Below are positions 1 to 8,181 of a DNA stretch of 32,000 bases, piece by piece. Within the stretch, counting starts at the first letter, position 1. Each line of letters opens with the position of its first letter. The translations under genes were made by a program, and so were the position numbers. The stretch is from Methanosphaera sp. WGK6 (GTDB taxonomy: Archaea > Methanobacteriota > Methanobacteria > Methanobacteriales > Methanobacteriaceae), in contig NZ_JRWK01000002.1 of the NCBI RefSeq assembly GCF_001729965.1, positions 153,654-185,653 on the forward strand, in the 5' to 3' direction. Below the pieces are notes generated by a model, which was given only the letters and a program-made list of their open reading frames with translations, was not told where the DNA came from and did not search any database.

Positions 1-2
1 TG

Positions 3-854
3 ATTGGAATAATTCCTTTTGATGAAACGTTAAATTTACCTGAAGAAGATTCTGCTTCTTTATCAACACATCACTTTAGTGAAAATGAAAAAATAACAAT
101 TGGTACTTTAAGATTACCACGTATTTCTAATTTTACAGATATAGATCCATTAGATTATGAAGAGGATGTTGGTATAAAATTAGTAAATATCTATGATAAA
201 TTTGATGATTTGGATGCTCTAGTAATTCCAGGAACAAGGAATACTGTAAATGATATAGAAGAACTAAAAAAATCAGGAGCATTTGATTATATTAGAGAGG
301 TATCTAAAGAAATACCTATTTTTGGAATTTGTGGTGGGTATCAAATGTTATCTAAAAAAATTATTGATTCTAACTGTTCTGAGTCAAAATATGGGTCTGT
401 AGATGGATTAGGACTGCTGGATATTAAAACAGAATTTGGTCGAATTGATAAAGTAGTTAAACAAAGTAGAGGAACTATTCTGGAAGATAGTGCTTTAGGT
501 TTCAAAAAAGGTACTTCTGTAACAGGTTATGAATTACATGAAGGAATTACAATATTAAAAAATACTGTAAAACCATTTATAAAAGTAGAAAAAGGTAATG
601 GTAACGATCAAAGTGGTCAATTTGATGGAGCTATCAAAGATAATATTTGTGGAACTTATTTCCATGGAATTTTCCATAATTTTGAATTCAGAAGAAATTT
701 CACTGATCATTTACGTATAAATAAAGGATTAGAACCTATAGGATTAACTAATGATGATTTTAAAGAATCAAAAAGAGTTAATTATAATCAATTAGGTGAT
801 TTATTTGCAAATAATGTGGATATGTCCTTTTTTGAGAAACTATTAAATGATTAA
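3..854 (+). CDS. cobQ: Cobyric acid synthase CobQ/CbiP, C-terminal part (5' end lies outside the window)
   Basis: The frame is open from base 3 (IGIIPFDETLNLPEEDSASL...IGTLRLPRISNFTDIDPL) and continues into the listed ORF 210..854. It carries the type-1 glutamine amidotransferase signature GICGGYQML, then GYELHEG and GTYFHGIFHN, as in CobQ GATase domains. Stop TAA at 852-854. Confidence 0.85.
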   Translation: MGIIPFDETLNLPEEDSASLSTHHFSENEKITIGTLRLPRISNFTDIDPLDYEEDVGIKLVNIYDKFDDLDALVIPGTRNTVNDIEELKKSGAFDYIREVSKEIPIFGICGGYQMLSKKIIDSNCSESKYGSVDGLGLLDIKTEFGRIDKVVKQSRGTILEDSALGFKKGTSVTGYELHEGITILKNTVKPFIKVEKGNGNDQSGQFDGAIKDNICGTYFHGIFHNFEFRRNFTDHLRINKGLEPIGLTNDDFKESKRVNYNQLGDLFANNVDMSFFEKLLND

Positions 855-872
855 TTTTTTTTCTTTTTTTTT
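855..872 (+). terminator. Oligo-T tract (T8 C T9) immediately after the cobQ stop; likely archaeal intrinsic terminator
   Basis: Sequence ttttttttcttttttttt directly follows TAA. Archaeal RNA polymerase terminates at T-runs. It acts only for the + strand. Confidence 0.4.
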
Positions 873-2016
873 AAATTTCTTTTATTACTTTGGCAAATTC
901 TTTAATAGTGCTTGTTTGATGTACTGACGCTCCAATTTCTTCATAATCTTTCACACAACTTGTAGGTGTATTCCATCTTATTTTTTTCTCAGGATTCAAT
1001 ATAATTACTTTTCTCGATTTAATTTTTATTTTATTTAATATTGTAGCACTTTCAAGAACACCCTTTTCTCGTTTTCCAGTCCAATCTCTACAATCGGTTA
1101 GTAAAATTACATCAGTATGTTTATTTAACCTAGCTTCTTTTAAAAATTCTTCAAAAGATTTAGTCATATCTGAATGACATCGTGGTCTTAGACCTAATGA
1201 TTGAAGACCAATATTTACTTGATACGTGTTTTTAAATGATGACTCCAATGCATGAGTTACATCAATAATTCTGTTATCAAAGAGGTATATTTCAAGTTTA
1301 TCAAATGATTTATGACAACCTGTTAATAAAGTAAAAAACCATGTTGTAGCCCATTCACAGGATCCACTAATATCACATAAGAATAAATGTCTTGATTTGT
1401 GGAGTGGTGGTTTTTGCCCTACTAGATTTATTAAATGACCTCCATTTTTGAGATTTTTTCGTATAGTTCGTGGGATATGTACTCCTTTATTTTTTTTACT
1501 TTTTTTTCTTATAGATCGTTGATTAGCTATTTTTTTACTAAAATCAGTACATATGTCATATACTCTATAATCAATACTGTTTAATGAAGTAAATTCATCA
1601 TCTAACACAGATTTATCAACATGTTCTTTATGTTGTAATCTTCTTTTAATAATTGTTTCTCGAGTGGTATCACTGGCTACTTTTTTCTTTTCTTGTTTAA
1701 TTTTATTTGTATCGGTATGTCTGTTATCTTGTTTTTTTACATTTTTATTATCTATTTGTATGTGTTCATGATCTAATGAGTTATCAAATGTGTTTTTATT
1801 ATATACAAAAACAAAATTATATAATCTTTCATATTTTGGAAGATCATCTTTATTTTTTACATATATGCATTTCAATGCTTCTTTCATTTCATCAGAATTG
1901 AATTTATAACTGTACATTTCCATTACTTGGGAAGCAAGAATAGTACTGCGTATACTAATGTTCATTCCATTGTCTCTTAGAAATGAAGATAATGTTAAAA
2001 TTTTCTCATTAATCAT
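871..2016 (-). CDS. VWA domain protein, CoxE-like (paralogue 1)
   Basis: 381-aa ORF. N-terminal block ILTLSSFLRDNGMNISIRST, a charged low-complexity linker, and a C-terminal VWA domain with MIDAS-type DxSGS (LFLCDISGSCEW). AGGAGTG RBS upstream at about 2025-2031. Confidence 0.75.
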   Translation of the reverse strand: MINEKILTLSSFLRDNGMNISIRSTILASQVMEMYSYKFNSDEMKEALKCIYVKNKDDLPKYERLYNFVFVYNKNTFDNSLDHEHIQIDNKNVKKQDNRHTDTNKIKQEKKKVASDTTRETIIKRRLQHKEHVDKSVLDDEFTSLNSIDYRVYDICTDFSKKIANQRSIRKKSKKNKGVHIPRTIRKNLKNGGHLINLVGQKPPLHKSRHLFLCDISGSCEWATTWFFTLLTGCHKSFDKLEIYLFDNRIIDVTHALESSFKNTYQVNIGLQSLGLRPRCHSDMTKSFEEFLKEARLNKHTDVILLTDCRDWTGKREKGVLESATILNKIKIKSRKVIILNPEKKIRWNTPTSCVKDYEEIGASVHQTSTIKEFAKVIKEI

Positions 2017-2079
2017 TAAAACACTCCTATAATTATATTGATATATATTAATATATTGGTTTATAATATTTTATATTAT

Positions 2080-3192
2080 TTATATTCTACTAATTATATT
2101 TGCAAATTGATTTAAAGTATATGTTTCATAAATTTTAGCACCTGCTTGTTGATAATCTTTCACACAACTTGTAGGTGTATTCCATCTTATTTTTTTCTCA
2201 GGATTCAATATGATTACTTTTCTTGATTTAATAACAATTTGTCGTAATAGTTTAGCACTTTCAAGAACACCATATTGTTGTTTTCCACGCCAATCTCTGC
2301 AATCACTTAATATTATAATATCTGTATGATTATTTAGGGAAACTTCAGTTAGTACTTGCTTAAATACAGTAGCCATATCTGACTGGCCATATGCTTTAAC
2401 ACCTAAATTTCTATGAGTAAAATTTATTTGAGATGTATTTTTAAAATCAGAACATAAAGTATCAGTAACATCAATAAGGTTATTATCAAAGTCATATAAT
2501 GTTATTTTATCAAAGGTCTTATAACAACCATACATTATTGCAAAAAACCATGTGCTACTCCATTCACAAGATCCACTAACATCACATAAAAAAATTTGTT
2601 TTGTTTTTTTGAGGGGTGGTTTTTGATGAAATAATTTTATAAGATGACCTCCATTCTTCAAATTAAATCGAAGAGTATGGGGCATATTAAGTTTATTGGA
2701 TTTCTGGAGTTTTTTACGTTTTGATCGTTGATTAGCTATTTTTTTACTTAATCTTTGACATATATCAAAAACACGTTTATCATAAGGATCAAGCATAATC
2801 ATACTATTTTGAGTTAGTTTATCATTAATTATCTTTTCTTGTTTTCTAGTTTCGATTAATTCTTTGTTTAGTTTATCTTCTTGATTTTGTGAAATTTGAT
2901 GGGTATCTGTTTGATTTTCTAATTTATCTTTGATTTCGTAATCTTTTAAAGAATTTATTTTTTCTCTAATATTATTCTCATTAAATAATTTATCATACAC
3001 CTGATTAAATTTTGAAACATCTTCTTTATTTTTAACATATATTACTTCTAAAGATTTTTTTAATTCCGAAGGAGTACTTTTTTCATAATAATTATCCCAA
3101 AACCATGAAGCTGTAATAGTACTTCTAATACTAATGTTCATACCTTCTTTTCTTAGGAAATTTGATAATGTGATTATTTTGTTATTGGACAT
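2080..3192 (-). CDS. VWA domain protein, CoxE-like (paralogue 2)
   Basis: 370-aa ORF with the same architecture as 871..2016 (IITLSNFLRKEGMNISIRST; IFLCDVSGSCEW). It shares the identical C-terminal block KSRKVIILNPEKKIRWNTPTSCVKDY. Confidence 0.75.
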   Translation of the reverse strand: MSNNKIITLSNFLRKEGMNISIRSTITASWFWDNYYEKSTPSELKKSLEVIYVKNKEDVSKFNQVYDKLFNENNIREKINSLKDYEIKDKLENQTDTHQISQNQEDKLNKELIETRKQEKIINDKLTQNSMIMLDPYDKRVFDICQRLSKKIANQRSKRKKLQKSNKLNMPHTLRFNLKNGGHLIKLFHQKPPLKKTKQIFLCDVSGSCEWSSTWFFAIMYGCYKTFDKITLYDFDNNLIDVTDTLCSDFKNTSQINFTHRNLGVKAYGQSDMATVFKQVLTEVSLNNHTDIIILSDCRDWRGKQQYGVLESAKLLRQIVIKSRKVIILNPEKKIRWNTPTSCVKDYQQAGAKIYETYTLNQFANIISRI

Positions 3193-3218
3193 TTTCTAAA
3201 CTCGGTACATATACTAAG

Positions 3219-3887
3219 TTATTCTAAGGAATTTTCTGTAAAATATTGTTTAACTTCAGTTATATATTCTCTTTTAACTAATACTGCAATACTATCATCA
3301 TAGCCTAATTCAGTATCTGGGGTAGGTATGATTGCTTCATCATTAATATAAATAGTTACTATGATAAATTTGTTGGTATTATTCTCAATTTCATGTATTG
3401 GTAGAAATGCAAGATTTTTATTTTTTACTTTTAATTCAATTATTTCAGCATCTCCTTGTCCAAGAGATACTAATGATTGTGCAGTAGGTCTTACAATACT
3501 TCTTGCAATAAATCTCATTGCACTGGTTTCTGGATTAATAAAGTGAATTCCTAATTTTCTAAATATTTCTATATGGTCTATGTTATTAAGACGGGATGCT
3601 ATGATTTCAACACCATTTTCTTTAGCATATACTGATGATAATAGGTTGACTTCATCATTACCTGTAGCTGCAACAAAAAAATCTGCTTTTGAAATATTTG
3701 CATCTTCTAATATCCGAGTATTAGTTCCGGTTCCATGAATAACATAACAGTCTAATAAATCATTGATGTTATTACAAGTTTCTTTGTCTTTATCAATAAG
3801 AGTAATGTCATGTTTTTCAACCATTGATCGAGCTAAATTATAACCTATACGTCCTGCACCTACTATTATACCGTTCACTTTTATCAT
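3219..3887 (-). CDS. trkA: TrkA-type K+ transport/channel regulatory protein (TrkA-N Rossmann domain plus TrkA-C)
   Basis: 222 aa. N-terminal dinucleotide-binding motif IIVGAGRIGYNLARSM followed by ITLIDKD; the C-terminal half has a TrkA-C-like pattern (GDAEIIELKV...). It lies 26 bp upstream of the VWA gene on the same strand. Confidence 0.8.
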   Translation of the reverse strand: MIKVNGIIVGAGRIGYNLARSMVEKHDITLIDKDKETCNNINDLLDCYVIHGTGTNTRILEDANISKADFFVAATGNDEVNLLSSVYAKENGVEIIASRLNNIDHIEIFRKLGIHFINPETSAMRFIARSIVRPTAQSLVSLGQGDAEIIELKVKNKNLAFLPIHEIENNTNKFIIVTIYINDEAIIPTPDTELGYDDSIAVLVKREYITEVKQYFTENSLE

Positions 3888-4028
3888 CTTTCATTGATTT
3901 TTAAATAGTTATATAATATTTAATATTAATTATTGTAGTTATTAAGATTTTATTTATAATTAGTGAAGTTAGTTTGTACTGAACTAGTTGAAGATAATTT
4001 GTTATTAAAATTAGTTTTTTTTTAAAAT

Positions 4029-4104
<76 letters not shown>

Positions 4105-4171
4105 ATATGAGAAATGTAAATTTTTATTATTTCATTATAATTTGTTATTAAAATTAGTTTTTTTTTAAAGT

Positions 4172-4247
<76 letters not shown>

Positions 4248-4257
4248 ATATGAAAAA

Positions 4258-4331
4258 TGCAACGACCGGGATTTGAACCCGGGTCACTACCGTGGCAGGG
4301 TAGAGTCTTAGCCAGCCTGGACTATCGCTGC
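4258..4331 (-). tRNA. tRNA-Gly (anticodon GCC)
   Basis: Reverse complement: acceptor GCAGCGA/UCGUUGC, D arm GUCC/AGAC, anticodon stem CUACC/GGUAG with loop CUGCCAC, T arm CCGGG-UUCAAAU-CCCGG, discriminator A. Confidence 0.9.
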
Positions 4332-4361
4332 ATCTAAATATGTTAGTCAGTTTTACTAACA

Positions 4362-4395
4362 CTATTATAAAGTTTATACTATGTTATATATAAAG
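4362..4395 (-). promoter_or_regulatory. Candidate promoter region for the tRNA-Gly array (two TATA-like boxes on the minus strand)
   Basis: The minus strand reads ctttatatata (4385-4394) and ctttataata (4363-4372), both close to the archaeal TTTATATA consensus and 30-60 nt upstream of the first tRNA 5' end at 4331. Weak evidence, because the background is AT-rich. Confidence 0.3.
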
Positions 4396-4428
4396 CTTTG
4401 GGTTTAACCTATTTTTATTAAAAAAATA

Positions 4429-4827
4429 TTATTTTGGAATAATTGTGGATATTGAAACAATTCTACAAATATCTGTCTTTGTAATGACTCCAACATTTTT
4501 TTCATGTTCTGTTACAAGTAATCCTGAAATTTCTGCTCGTAACATTAAATTTGAAGCATCTTGAATTGAATCATTAGCATCAATAGTATTGACATTTTCT
4601 GTCATTATGTCTGAAACCTTAACTATATTTATGTCAAGCATAGTTTCATCAGATCCTACTAGTAATAAAATATCTTTATAAGAGATTACACCAATAGGAT
4701 TTTCTTTTTTATCAAATATGAATAATCGTTCAACACCATGATTATACATTTCATGCAATGCTTCATGGATTGTTTGGGATGAATCAATGGAATATATGTT
4801 TTTATTCATTATTTCTTTTACAAGCAT
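4429..4827 (-). CDS. CBS domain pair protein
   Basis: Two CBS repeats (VKEIMNKNIYSIDSSQTIHEAL..., VSDIMTENVNTIDANDSIQDASNLM...GLLV). I place the start at ATG 4827 rather than the track's TTG 4842, because AGGTGA (4832-4837, minus strand) sits 4 nt upstream of that ATG. Confidence 0.8.
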   Translation of the reverse strand: MLVKEIMNKNIYSIDSSQTIHEALHEMYNHGVERLFIFDKKENPIGVISYKDILLLVGSDETMLDINIVKVSDIMTENVNTIDANDSIQDASNLMLRAEISGLLVTEHEKNVGVITKTDICRIVSISTIIPK

Positions 4828-4985
4828 AGTTTCACCTTTCAAAATTATATTTTATCAACTAGTAACTTATTAATTACTTTTATTTTAAATAAAATACACA
4901 TAACTGTTATAGTAAATCTTTGAAATTATTATTTATTGAATTTTTTCTAATTAATATATAATATAGACATAGTTATTAATATTAT

Positions 4986-5019
4986 TAAATTCATAATTAT
5001 ATTTAATAATATGAATTTA
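4986..5019. promoter_or_regulatory. Perfect 10-bp inverted repeat TAAATTCATA-N14-TATGAATTTA upstream of nikR; candidate operator
   Basis: Arms 4986-4995 and 5010-5019 are exact reverse complements. The repeat lies about 45 nt upstream of the nikR ATG and overlaps the expected TATA/BRE position. Confidence 0.35.
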
Positions 5020-5064
5020 TGGAATCCATATTATATTCAATTCTAATGATTTGGAGAGATGTAT

Positions 5065-5493
5065 ATGCGAATAAGTATGTCATTACCAAATAATCTTTTA
5101 AATGAATTTGATGATGTGTTACGTGATAGAGGATATCAATCACGTTCTAAAGGAATACGTGACGCATTAAAAGATTATATTCTCAGATATCAATGGATGA
5201 ATGAGATGAAAGGTGAAAGAGTTGGAGTATTAGCAGTAATTTATGATCATCATTATGTTGGTGTAATGGAAGCTATGACTGACATTCAACATGATTTTCG
5301 TGATCAAATCAATGCAAGCTTACATATTCACATGAATCACAAATATTGTTTGGAAGTTATAATAGTAAAAGGTGATGTAATACATATACGTGATTTAACA
5401 GAAAAAATCATGAGATTAAAAGGTGTTGAACACGTTAAATTAACCAGTGCAAGTACTGGAGAACTTGAAAAAGTAGCTGATAATGAGAATTAA
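5065..5493 (+). CDS. nikR: Nickel-responsive transcriptional regulator NikR (ribbon-helix-helix plus C-terminal metal-binding domain)
   Basis: MRISMSLPNNLLNEFDDVLRDRGYQSRSKGIRDALKDYI is the CopG/RHH N-terminus typical of NikR. The C-terminal domain has His-rich motifs (IYDHHY, HIHMNHKYCLEV). GGAGAG (5053-5058) favours ATG 5065 over ATG 5059. Confidence 0.85.
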   Translation: MRISMSLPNNLLNEFDDVLRDRGYQSRSKGIRDALKDYILRYQWMNEMKGERVGVLAVIYDHHYVGVMEAMTDIQHDFRDQINASLHIHMNHKYCLEVIIVKGDVIHIRDLTEKIMRLKGVEHVKLTSASTGELEKVADNEN

Positions 5494-5636
5494 ATAAAAA
5501 ACTTATTTATACCCACAACTTTTTATTTATTAAATTCTCAGATTTATTCAAGTTTGATTATAAACGATTTAGAACTTTTTTTTTAAGAAAATTATTTTAA
5601 AATTTAATTATAATAAGGGTATATAACTAATTATTA

Positions 5637-6398
5637 ATGACATATTATGATGATTTAATTAAAGATATTCAACGTATTAATCTCTTCAAAAAAGCTATAA
5701 CTCAAAAAGCTAATGGTATAGTGTATGATTTAGGAACGGGTTCTGGAATTTTAGCAGAATTTGCATCAGAGCATGCTAAAAAAGTTTATGCAGTAGAACA
5801 AAATCCATTCATATTAAAAAAAACATCAGCTAATTTTTCAAAATATGATAATATTCAATTAATACATGAAGATGCAACAAAACATGTTTTTTTAGAAAAA
5901 CCGGATATTATTATATGTGAAATGATGGATACAGCTTTGATTGATGAAGAACAAGTACCTGTTATAAATAATTGTTTAAATTATACAACAGATTCAACAG
6001 TATTCATACCTCAAGCAGCATATACTACAATTCAATTAATCTCTACAAATATTCAACATATAACATATTATGAAGACAACGTTCCGGAATACATGAAATT
6101 ATCTGAAGAAATTAAATATAATGAAGTAATATTTTCAGAAAAAATTAATGATAAAGTTAATGAAAACATTGTATTAAGGGCTAAAACTAGTGGAATAATA
6201 AATGCAATTAAATTAACAACATATACTATAATAACTGATGAACTTATCACTGGACCAACACCTATGTTAAATCCACCATTATTAATACCAGTAGATAAAC
6301 TATGTGTAGAAAAAGATGATAAGATTATATTAGATTTAAAATATATTATGGGGGGTGGATTAGATACTATCCAAACAAACATCAGAAAAAATAAGTGA
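5637..6398 (+). CDS. Class I SAM-dependent methyltransferase, PRMT-like / archaeal predicted RNA methylase type
   Basis: Motif I VYDLGTGSGILAEFA, post-I acidic residue (VYAVEQ), and CEMMDTALIDEEQV resembling the PRMT double-E loop. Confidence 0.75.
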   Translation: MTYYDDLIKDIQRINLFKKAITQKANGIVYDLGTGSGILAEFASEHAKKVYAVEQNPFILKKTSANFSKYDNIQLIHEDATKHVFLEKPDIIICEMMDTALIDEEQVPVINNCLNYTTDSTVFIPQAAYTTIQLISTNIQHITYYEDNVPEYMKLSEEIKYNEVIFSEKINDKVNENIVLRAKTSGIINAIKLTTYTIITDELITGPTPMLNPPLLIPVDKLCVEKDDKIILDLKYIMGGGLDTIQTNIRKNK

Positions 6399-6429
6399 AT
6401 TTATCAAAAATTATGATAAATTATTAATT

Positions 6430-6867
6430 TTGGGAATTGGTAATCCTTTAAGAGGAGATGATGGATTAGGACCATTATTGTTAGATGTATTATATGATAA
6501 ATTAGTGCATTTGACTCATAAAAATACAGATAATGTCTATCTATTAAATAGTGAAACAACTCCTGAAAATCATACACTGGAAATACGAAATTTAAAACCA
6601 TCTCATATAATTATAGTTGATGCAGTGGAGTTTGATACAACTCCTGGAAAAATTATTGATATTGATGTAGATCAGATTGATACATTCAATGTGTCAACAC
6701 ACACTATGCCTGTTTCTTTCATAATAAATTATATTGAAAAAACGGTAGGGAGTAAAGTTTTAACAATAGGTATACAACCAAAACAAATGAATTTAATAAA
6801 TACAATTTCTGATGAAATTAAAGAAAGTGTTGAAGAATTAACTGATTTATTTGTTGAATTAGTTTAA
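6430..6867 (+). CDS. [NiFe]-hydrogenase maturation endopeptidase (HycI/HyaD/FrhD family); the start codon is uncertain
   Basis: GIGNPLRGDDGLGP is the family's metal-binding N-terminal motif, followed by IIIVDAV and a late STHTMP His motif. The only canonical start is TTG 6430, which truncates the first beta-strand (see findings). Confidence 0.8.
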   Translation: MGIGNPLRGDDGLGPLLLDVLYDKLVHLTHKNTDNVYLLNSETTPENHTLEIRNLKPSHIIIVDAVEFDTTPGKIIDIDVDQIDTFNVSTHTMPVSFIINYIEKTVGSKVLTIGIQPKQMNLINTISDEIKESVEELTDLFVELV

Positions 6868-6884
6868 TAAGGAGTGTTATCAAA

Positions 6885-8039
6885 ATGAAAATATTATTTA
6901 TAGGTTCCCGTCTATTTGATGATGTGGCATACTATCTTAATAAAGAGAATATTACTTCTATAGTAACAGAATCAAATGAAAATGCAATAAATCTTGATTT
7001 GGCTGATAAAAAGTATATAGTTCCAAGAGGTATGGACAAACCAATGGAAATTGCTATAAAAGAAGATGTTGATGCTGTAATTCCGTTAATTGGAATTGAT
7101 CCTCCATTATCTGAAGTAGGTAAAATGAAGGATACATTAGAAAAAGAAAATGGGATTCCTGTAATATCTTCTTCATTTTATACTGCAAATTTAGCAGCAG
7201 ATAAATATAATACAAAAAAACTTTTACAAAAAGAAGGAATTAAAACACCTACTTTCAGACAACTTCAAGAACCTTATGATTTAGAAAATTTGGAAGAACA
7301 ATTACCTATTGTCTTAAAAACACCTGAAGGTCAGGGTGGTACTGGTGTAAAAGTTGCTGTTAATAAAGAAGATATCTCTGAATTCTTAAATGAGAAAAAT
7401 AATATATTTGCAGAAGAATATGTTGAAGGTTTTGAAGTATCTATAGAAGTTCTACGATGGAATAATGAATCAGTATCATTATGTCCTGTGTATAAGGGAG
7501 ATACTACTCTAGAAGGTATACATCCATTAAGAAAGATAAAACAAGCTCCATTAAATATTGATGGAATTGATAATAAAAAACATAATAATGATATATGTAT
7601 TTTAGCTGAAAAAATTGCTGATTTGGTTAAAGTTGAAGGAACAATGGATATTGACATATTACATGATAATAAATCTAATAATGATTATGTAATTGAATTA
7701 AACACACGACCTAGTGGAACAAGATATATGACTGCAGCAACAACAGATATTTATCCATTATGTCAATTAGTTGATATGGCTAAGGGAAATTGGGCTGCTA
7801 AACAAGTTAAATCAAAAATTAAAAATTATTGTTCAGCAGAAATTCCTGTAGGAGATTTCCCAGAAAATCAAAAAATACCATTAAATAAGGTATTTGAAGG
7901 TCCAAATTCCTATATTGTACATGGACCACAACATTATCAAAGAGTAACAATACGTGCTGAAGATAGAACTAATCTTAATGATGTGACTCATAATTTACTA
8001 AGTGATTATTCTAAGAAAAATAATATTCATTTTAATTAA
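6885..8039 (+). CDS. ATP-grasp ligase, carbamoyl-phosphate-synthase-like (pseudomurein peptide synthesis candidate)
   Basis: ATP-grasp patterns LPIVLKTPEGQGGTGVKV and VIELNTRPSGTRYM, which parallel VIEVNPRVSRSSAL and IIEANPRASRTVPF in the bona fide carB of this window. AGGAGTG RBS. It sits directly upstream of the MraY-like and Mur-ligase genes. Confidence 0.75.
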   Translation: MKILFIGSRLFDDVAYYLNKENITSIVTESNENAINLDLADKKYIVPRGMDKPMEIAIKEDVDAVIPLIGIDPPLSEVGKMKDTLEKENGIPVISSSFYTANLAADKYNTKKLLQKEGIKTPTFRQLQEPYDLENLEEQLPIVLKTPEGQGGTGVKVAVNKEDISEFLNEKNNIFAEEYVEGFEVSIEVLRWNNESVSLCPVYKGDTTLEGIHPLRKIKQAPLNIDGIDNKKHNNDICILAEKIADLVKVEGTMDIDILHDNKSNNDYVIELNTRPSGTRYMTAATTDIYPLCQLVDMAKGNWAAKQVKSKIKNYCSAEIPVGDFPENQKIPLNKVFEGPNSYIVHGPQHYQRVTIRAEDRTNLNDVTHNLLSDYSKKNNIHFN

Positions 8040-8181
8040 TTCTCTCTTTTCTATTTTTTTCAATATTATTTCTTGTTTAATTATTTTAATTAATCTCTTT
8101 CAAAATAGTTAGTTATTTTAATATTAAAAGAAATAACTAGTTATATAAAATTCAATTTTTAACTTTAGGGGGGTTAAAATA

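Noticed and set aside
1707-1901. 64-aa + strand ORF antisense to the first VWA gene (similarly 3361..3546 antisense to trkA)
   Set aside because: These are low-complexity Phe/Tyr/Leu/Cys-rich translations with no RBS, fully embedded antisense in well-supported genes. They are typical AT-rich shadow ORFs.
6068-6601. ORFs 6068..6382 (-) and 6404..6601 (-), antisense to the methyltransferase and the hydrogenase protease
   Set aside because: Shadow ORFs opposite genes with clear family motifs. No start context, and the composition is Ile/Ser/Phe-rich.
7331-7657. 108-aa minus-strand ORF inside the ATP-grasp gene (the same class includes 16796..17002, 18372..18644, 22756..22962, 26507..26737, 28613..28813 and 31123..31338)
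   Set aside because: All are antisense to confidently assigned genes (ATP-grasp, MBF1, PAN, carB, amidohydrolase, glmS, purQ). They have no recognisable motifs or RBS.
8110-8139. 9-bp inverted repeat tagttattt-N12-aaataacta between the ATP-grasp and MraY-like genes
   Set aside because: The stem is nearly all A:U (one G:C pair) in AT-rich spacer, so it is marginally stable and easily produced by chance. No second copy supports a motif.
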